This document shows, piece after piece, positions 57,776 to 64,000 of a stretch of DNA of 64,000 nt. A model generated the notes under the pieces. The model did not search any database, had not been told where the DNA came from, and saw nothing but the letters and a program-made list of their open reading frames with translations. How positions within the stretch are numbered: position 1 is the stretch's first letter; each line of letters begins with the position of its first letter. This DNA is from an uncultured Chloroflexia bacterium (GTDB taxonomy: Bacteria > Chloroflexota > Limnocylindria > Limnocylindrales > CSP1-4): NCBI GenBank assembly GCA_963713975.1, contig OY970218.1:544001-608000 (forward strand), read 5' to 3'. Both the position numbers and the translations under genes were made by a program.

Positions 57776-59461
57776 ATGTCTGCTGATCTTCAAACCACGG
57801 GCTCATGGGACCTCGCGGGCGATGCCTCGGACGGCTCCGGCAACGCCCTGCATGCCAGGATTGACGGGCCCGTGGCATTCGGACCCTCCGAGACCGCTGG
57901 GCTTGACGGCCCGGTAGGCAAGTTCCCCGGGGATGCCCGCCTCGTCGTCGACAACGTGGGCACCCTTGGTGCCGGCGATCTCACCATCGCCGCCTGGGTC
58001 AACGCGGCAGCGAGACCGACGACGGTCCTCGGCGACGTTGTCGCGCGCTTCGACCCGTCCACGCGTCACGGCTTCACGCTGGGGTTCGAGCACGGGTCGC
58101 CATGTGGGAGTCACGGGAACGACCGGACCGCATGGTTCGGGGTGGATGCCGGGACCGAGCCGCAACTCGAGGACCACGGAAGGCCGGGCTCGAGCGCAAC
58201 CGTGATGGTCTGCTCGCTGGCGGCGTTCGGCGGTGCGCTCTACGCGGCCACCTGGGAGCAGGGCCCAGATCCGCGCGGCCGGGTCTATCGGCTGGACGGC
58301 GGGGGTTGGGTGCACTGCGGAACACCGTGGGACGCCAACGCAGTAACCCGGCTCGCCGTGCACGACGGGGCCCTCTACGCAGCTGTCTCGCGGTTGCGCG
58401 GTGGCGGTTCGGGCCTGGAGGATTCCGCCAACCAGGGACCAGGAGGTCGGATCCTGCGCTACGAGGGCGGCGATCGATGGGCGGACATGGGCCAGCTCGA
58501 CGGCGCCGACTCGGTCACCGCGCTGGTGACGTTCGCGGGATCACTGTATGCCGCCCCGATGTACCAGGAGGGCCTGTACCGCTTCGATGGTCCCGGAGCC
58601 TGGACATGGTGTGGATCGCCTGGGCGGCGGCTGCTGGCGCTCGGGGTGCACGCCGGCTCACTCTATGGGGCCGGGAACGACCATGCGCAGGTGGACAGCG
58701 CCATCGCCATGACCAAGGCGGGCGTCGTCGTCCCGGCTCGCGATGTGGCGGGCGGTGGCGGCGTCTTCCGCTACGACGGGGACGAGAGGTGGACCTCGCG
58801 TGGGCTCCAGCCCGACACAACCCAGCTGTACTCGATCGAGACATACGGCGGGCAAATGCACATCGGCACCTGGCCCACGGGCGTGGTGTTCCGCGCACGG
58901 GACCTGTCCGTCGACGGCGAGCCTGTTTGGGAGTCGACGGGACGCCTCGGTTCGGAGACCGAGATCATGAACCTGCAGGCGTACAACGGAATGCTGTACG
59001 CGGGGACGCTGCCGCACGCGCAGCTGTTCCGGTATGACGGCGAATCGGTGTGGACGGACCTGGCAGCGCTGGACACCACTCCAAACGTCCGGTACCGGCG
59101 CGCCTCGTCGATGGTGCTGTACGGCGGACGGCTATATGTCGGGACGCTGCCCTCGGCACACGTCCATTCGCTGCGCGCCGGCAGCGTGACGACCAACGAC
59201 ACTTCGCTGTCCGCGGGCTGGCACCACCTGGCCGGGGTCCGCCGAGGGGGGACGACGATCCTGTACGTCGACGGCGCCCCTGTCGGCCGGGGCGAAGCCG
59301 CACTGCCCTCCGGGCATGCGAGCCCTGATGTGCCGCTCGTCATCGGCGGCGGACCCAGGTCGAGCTTCGAGGGCGAGCTGGCCCGAGTCAGGGCATGGGA
59401 CCGGGCGCTGGGCGACGATGAGATCGCATCGATCGCCGTACCCGGGGTGGCCGCGAGCTAG
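57776..59461 (+). CDS. Cytoplasmic LamG-like domain split by a beta-propeller
   Basis: N-terminal WDLAGDASDGSGNALH..LTIAAWV and C-terminal WHHLAGV..LYVDG..LVIG..FEGELARVRAWDRAL surround repeated L..(F/H/Y)xGxLYxG blades. AGGAG RBS. Confidence 0.8.
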   Translation: MSADLQTTGSWDLAGDASDGSGNALHARIDGPVAFGPSETAGLDGPVGKFPGDARLVVDNVGTLGAGDLTIAAWVNAAARPTTVLGDVVARFDPSTRHGFTLGFEHGSPCGSHGNDRTAWFGVDAGTEPQLEDHGRPGSSATVMVCSLAAFGGALYAATWEQGPDPRGRVYRLDGGGWVHCGTPWDANAVTRLAVHDGALYAAVSRLRGGGSGLEDSANQGPGGRILRYEGGDRWADMGQLDGADSVTALVTFAGSLYAAPMYQEGLYRFDGPGAWTWCGSPGRRLLALGVHAGSLYGAGNDHAQVDSAIAMTKAGVVVPARDVAGGGGVFRYDGDERWTSRGLQPDTTQLYSIETYGGQMHIGTWPTGVVFRARDLSVDGEPVWESTGRLGSETEIMNLQAYNGMLYAGTLPHAQLFRYDGESVWTDLAALDTTPNVRYRRASSMVLYGGRLYVGTLPSAHVHSLRAGSVTTNDTSLSAGWHHLAGVRRGGTTILYVDGAPVGRGEAALPSGHASPDVPLVIGGGPRSSFEGELARVRAWDRALGDDEIASIAVPGVAAS

Positions 59462-59618
59462 GAGTGCCAATCGGGCCGGGAAGCACGAACCGCGCGAAGG
59501 ACGCAAGGCGAACCGGAAGACACAGCGGGCGGCCCTGGCCACGTCGCTCGCTCGCGAGGATCGGCCGACTCAGCCGGGCACTCGAGGAGCGGCGGGTCCG
59601 CATCCATCCGAGCCTCCG

Positions 59619-61753
<2,135 letters not shown>

Positions 61754-61831
61754 CTGCGCGCGGCGGCGGGCTCATCGGCATCGCCTGCGGCGCAGCGCGA
61801 AGCCGGGGATGCGTGCGGGACGTCCCAGCCC

Positions 61832-62224
61832 ATGGCAGCCGCACGAGGTCGTGGACCCGCGGGTGCAACCCTCGATGAGCTAACCCGGTGGTTTGGCCCG
61901 GAGCCGTTCCTCGTCCCGCTCATCTCGTCGCCGGCGATTCGCGTGGTGCTGTGGGGCTGGCCCGCAGGCTTCACGACTGTCACTCACCGCCATCCCCGGG
62001 CGGAGGAGATGTTCCACGTCGTGCACGGCCGCGCGGTGTTCACCTTCGATGGCGAGCCCGAGCAGACCGTCGGCCCCGGCTCGGTGCTAGTCGCGCCACG
62101 CGGGGTCGCGCATGCGATCCGGGTCGTTGGAGACAAGCCGTTCCTGATGGTGATCGCCGTGGCACCCAACGAGGACGAGGCCGACGAGACAATCGAGCCG
62201 GTGGAGTTGCTCCCCCTCGGCTGA
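61832..62224 (+). CDS. Cupin domain protein
   Basis: HRHPRAEEMFHV and APRGVAH motifs. Start is uncertain. Confidence 0.82.
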   Translation: MAAARGRGPAGATLDELTRWFGPEPFLVPLISSPAIRVVLWGWPAGFTTVTHRHPRAEEMFHVVHGRAVFTFDGEPEQTVGPGSVLVAPRGVAHAIRVVGDKPFLMVIAVAPNEDEADETIEPVELLPLG

Positions 62225-62244
62225 CATCAGCGGCGCCGTGCTCC

Positions 62245-63165
62245 TCAGCGGAGCGCGGCGGCCCTCGTGCGGACGGACTGTGGCACCAGGGCGGCCCGCC
62301 GGGTCAGCCACACCCCGAACACGATCACCGCGCCCCCGAGCACCTGGGCCGGCCCCACCGGCTCCGAGAGGAAGGCGGCACCCAGCAGCACGGCACCTGC
62401 CGGCACCAGGAACTGCGTGACCATGACGCGCGACGGCCCAACGAGGCGGATCGCGTTGAAGATGAACACGTTCGCGGTCCCCGCGGCGAGCGCGCCAGAG
62501 TAAACGAGGCCCGCGACGGCGGCCAGCGTCAGCACAGGGGGCGGTGACGTGAGCACCTCGGCCGCCCCGAACGGCAGCAGGAACAGGGTTCCGCCGAGGA
62601 CGGCCCACGCGGTCGCCTGGAGCGGATCGATCCGGCGCAGCATCCGGGTGGCCGCGATCGTGTACACCGCCCACAGCACGGCCGCCCCCAGCGTCAGGAA
62701 TGCGCCCAGTGAGGCGCTGATGGAGACCCCTTGGCCCGCCGCGACCACGACGGCCACGCCGGTGAACGCAATCAGGGCGCCAACCAGCTTGGGTGCGGTG
62801 AACCGGTCCATCCCGAGGAGGCCGGCCAGCAGCACCGTGAGCACCGGCGCGACAGCGATGATCAGCGCTGAGTCCCCCGCGGTGATCTGCGTGAGCCCAA
62901 GCGTCCAGAGGACCTGGTAGGCACCGAAGCCGAGGGCGCCCAGGCCCACCAGCGTCAGGGCGACGCGCGCCGGCGGACGGACGGTCCCCAACCGCCAGCG
63001 GACGAGCAGGAACAGGGTGGCGGTCGCGATGACGTAGCGGGCGGACGTGAAGGTGAGCGGTCCGAAGACATCGATGGCGGCCTTGACGACGACGAAGTTG
63101 GCGGACCAGATCGCCACCGCGCCGAGGACGCCCAACTCAGCCAGACGACGCTCGCGGACGGACAC
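62245..63165 (-). CDS. DMT/EamA family transporter
   Basis: IWSANFVVVK and two EamA repeats. Confidence 0.92.
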   Translation of the reverse strand: MSVRERRLAELGVLGAVAIWSANFVVVKAAIDVFGPLTFTSARYVIATATLFLLVRWRLGTVRPPARVALTLVGLGALGFGAYQVLWTLGLTQITAGDSALIIAVAPVLTVLLAGLLGMDRFTAPKLVGALIAFTGVAVVVAAGQGVSISASLGAFLTLGAAVLWAVYTIAATRMLRRIDPLQATAWAVLGGTLFLLPFGAAEVLTSPPPVLTLAAVAGLVYSGALAAGTANVFIFNAIRLVGPSRVMVTQFLVPAGAVLLGAAFLSEPVGPAQVLGGAVIVFGVWLTRRAALVPQSVRTRAAALR

Positions 63166-63275
63166 GGTGGGGCGCGCCCGCGAGCCGGACGCGATGACGC
63201 CCGCCTGTTCGGCGGGCGTCGCAGTTCCTGTGGACGAGCCGGCGGGGTCGGGGCGCGCCGGCCCGGGCTCGTCGA

Positions 63276-63431
63276 TCAGGCGCCTTCCTGCTCGAGCTCC
63301 AGCGCCTCCTCGTCGTCCTCCTCGGTGAGCTTCAGCCAGACGAACAGGCCGGCCAGCACCACCAGGGGGATGACGATCAGAGCGCCCAGGGTGACCCCGA
63401 GGGCGACGGCAACGGTCTTCAGCGCCTTCAT
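63276..63431 (-). CDS. Small membrane protein with an acidic tail
   Basis: AGGAGG RBS, then MKALKTVAVALGVTLGALIVIPLVVLAGLFVWLKLTEEDDEEALELEQEGA. Confidence 0.7.
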   Translation of the reverse strand: MKALKTVAVALGVTLGALIVIPLVVLAGLFVWLKLTEEDDEEALELEQEGA

Positions 63432-63534
63432 CGGGCTTGGGCCTCCTTCGCTTGCGACGTGATGCCCCTGATTGTGCCCCCTGTGGGCCGGTGTGTCACG
63501 GGACCCGGGGTGGCCGACACGACCTGCCGGGGGG

Positions 63535-64000
63535 TCACCCGTTCCTGTCGCCCTTGGCCCGGAGGGTCGGGCCCTGGCCAACCAGGCCCTCGACGTCCTC
63601 CCTGGTGAACTCCGCCAGCAGGTGATGGCCGCCTGCCTGGCCGCTGATCTGGATGCGCACGACGTAGGCGCCCTCCTGCTCGAACAGGAACACGTCCTTG
63701 GGCTTCTGCTCGTCCATCCAGTGGCCGATGACACGCAGGGCTCGCTCATAGGAGCCGCCCCGATCCGACGACTCCGCGCCGCTGGCCCGGCGGGCCGCAG
63801 CCTCCTCCATGAACCTGGCGATGTCGTCGTCCAGGAAGCTCAGGGTCTCCTTGGAGACCGTGCCCATCGTGTCTGACCATCCACCGCTCGCCTGGCCGGC
63901 CGCGACGAGCCCCTGCACGAGGAAACCGTCGGGAACCTCGAGCAGCAGGACGTCACGCATGCCGTGGCTGTCGATGAATGCGCCGATCGAGCGGAAGACC
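63535..64000 (-). CDS. Hypothetical protein, 5' end outside the window
   Basis: The frame is open to the window edge. It has an internal repeat pattern LR.IG...D.....DV.L.E. Confidence 0.7.
   Translation of the reverse strand, partial: VFRSIGAFIDSHGMRDVLLLEVPDGFLVQGLVAAGQASGGWSDTMGTVSKETLSFLDDDIARFMEEAAARRASGAESSDRGGSYERALRVIGHWMDEQKPKDVFLFEQEGAYVVRIQISGQAGGHHLLAEFTREDVEGLVGQGPTLRAKGDRNG

Overview
High-GC bacterial chromosome segment; gene style suggests Chloroflexota (inference). The housekeeping backbone is tRNA-Ala(GGC), leuS, comEA-comEC-HD-holA, rsfS-nadD-obgE, a LysM/M23 peptidase, rho and pyrG. Two accessory carbohydrate regions interrupt it. Region 1 (about 4.5-23 kb) holds a GntR-linked sn-glycerol-1-phosphate dehydrogenase-like/HAD/TIM-barrel operon next to a GDPD + ABC transporter + GH2 + ROK + SIS + RpiR module. 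Three promoter regions of that module share a fixed-spacing inverted repeat, GCRTTGCT-N22-AGCAATGC. Region 1 is eroding: it carries two IS-end remnants, a decayed GlpA/LhgO-like oxidoreductase, a 19-codon scar of a deleted ABC permease and a cupin fragment. Region 2 (41.7-59.5 kb, between rho and pyrG) is an intact amino-sugar/sugar-acid catabolic island: DegT aminotransferase, Gfo/Idh/MocA, NagA, NagB, ceramidase-like amidase, SIS, LarA-like protein, mannonate-reductase-like SDR, KdgK-like kinase, CUT1 transporter and a LamG/propeller protein. Its promoter regions share a GGACAATC motif. The best candidates for undescribed biology are these two catabolic regulons; their substrates are inferred, not shown. 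No CRISPR array, prophage or intact transposase was seen.
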